From Takakia lepidozioides (taxonomy: Eukaryota > Plantae > Bryophyta), in NCBI GenBank assembly GCA_030704615.1, contig CM060732.1, forward strand, positions 81,654,001-81,718,000: a stretch of 64,000 bases of DNA, given 5' to 3'. The position numbers and the translations under genes are program-made. The notes beneath the pieces are model-generated. The model saw only the letters and a list, made by a program, of their open reading frames with translations. It was not told the DNA's origin and searched no databases. Shown one piece after another: positions 63,096-64,000 of this stretch. The number at the start of each line of letters is the position of its first letter. Position 1 is the stretch's first letter.

Positions 63096-64000
63096 GGCTT
63101 TCGAACAGGGAAGATTGTGTGCTTGCAAGCAGTTTGAAGACAAACCCCAAGCAGCTTGCTGCACACTTAGGAAAAACCATGCGCTCGTTAAGAAGCCCTT
63201 TCCAAAGTGGTGAACTAGACTTCAGCTGTGCCGAGCACTTTTGCCACAAACTTCTGCGTACACAATGTTCTCTGTCCACACACAAATCTTATCAACATCA
63301 AAGATATGAAAGCAGACAAGGAGTAAAGATATTGAGAACTACCTGACTGCTTTCTCAGCTCTCAAGAAAAGGTCGAAAACAAATTATCGAGCACGGAAAG
63401 AAGTTTATGCACTTCGAGACCGGAAAATTCCATCTTTGGAAATTCAGCTCGAGACAGAAGTTTCCGAGGGAAGGAAACCATCTTATAAATATATATTAAG
63501 AACCACATAGGCACGACAGTGACAGACATCAAACAGGACAAAGGACTCGAACAAAAGTACCAAGGGGTTAAGCGTACCGCAACAATGCAGTAAGATCCAA
63601 GGTTTTAAATCAAGCCCAAGCAAAGAAATGCAGATGTCAACTAACAACATTGACAATGGCTAAGAAAAAATCGAGTCCCACTGACGATAACTCCTTACAA
63701 TTACAATAGCAATGCAAGGTAGTAAGTACTGGATTTGCACCTAACGTAATCGCTGTGAGCTTCAGCTGCACACTCGCTGCTTTCAAGCGCACACAACCGT
63801 CCTGCAATTCTGGAGTTCCGTCTCGTCGCTCTCCAAAGACTTGCCGCCTTTAATGGACAACTCCTGACATCATGACGGTGCTCCTCACCTACTTATTACA
63901 CGGAGACCCCAGTGGCCTCGTAAGCTTAAGACCAAAAAACATTTCCGGCAGTCCGGGCAGGTCCCAACGGCCTGCTACGACCAGGAAAACATTCCGGCCA

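Overview
Eukaryotic nuclear DNA with GT-AG introns, most likely from a seed-free land plant such as a bryophyte (inferred from a microbial-type terpene synthase and young PLS-DYW PPR arrays). 1-15.8 kb is a Mutator-like (MULE) transposon region with two decayed DDE/SWIM transposase genes. The second transposase has a GCM-like N-terminus and sits head-to-head with an intron-containing, disrupted gene whose motif order matches bacterial beta-class N4C/N6A DNA amino-methyltransferases. The last exon of a paralog of that gene opens the window. 19.9-37.6 kb holds three PLS-class PPR RNA-editing paralogs (one intact with a DYW domain, one truncated, one pseudogene). Each is preceded by, and joined to, tandem exon pairs encoding the ssDNA-binding PDF motif of organellar OSB proteins. 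The rest contains a LINE relic with a 2A-like motif, a frameshifted MTPSL terpene synthase with a transit-peptide-like N-terminus, three hAT-type MITEs stacked at one 8-bp target site, a Harbinger Myb-like relic, tandem repeats, STR12 (parvulin-rhodanese) and a UDP-glycosyltransferase. All homology calls come from motifs recognised by eye; no database searches were run.
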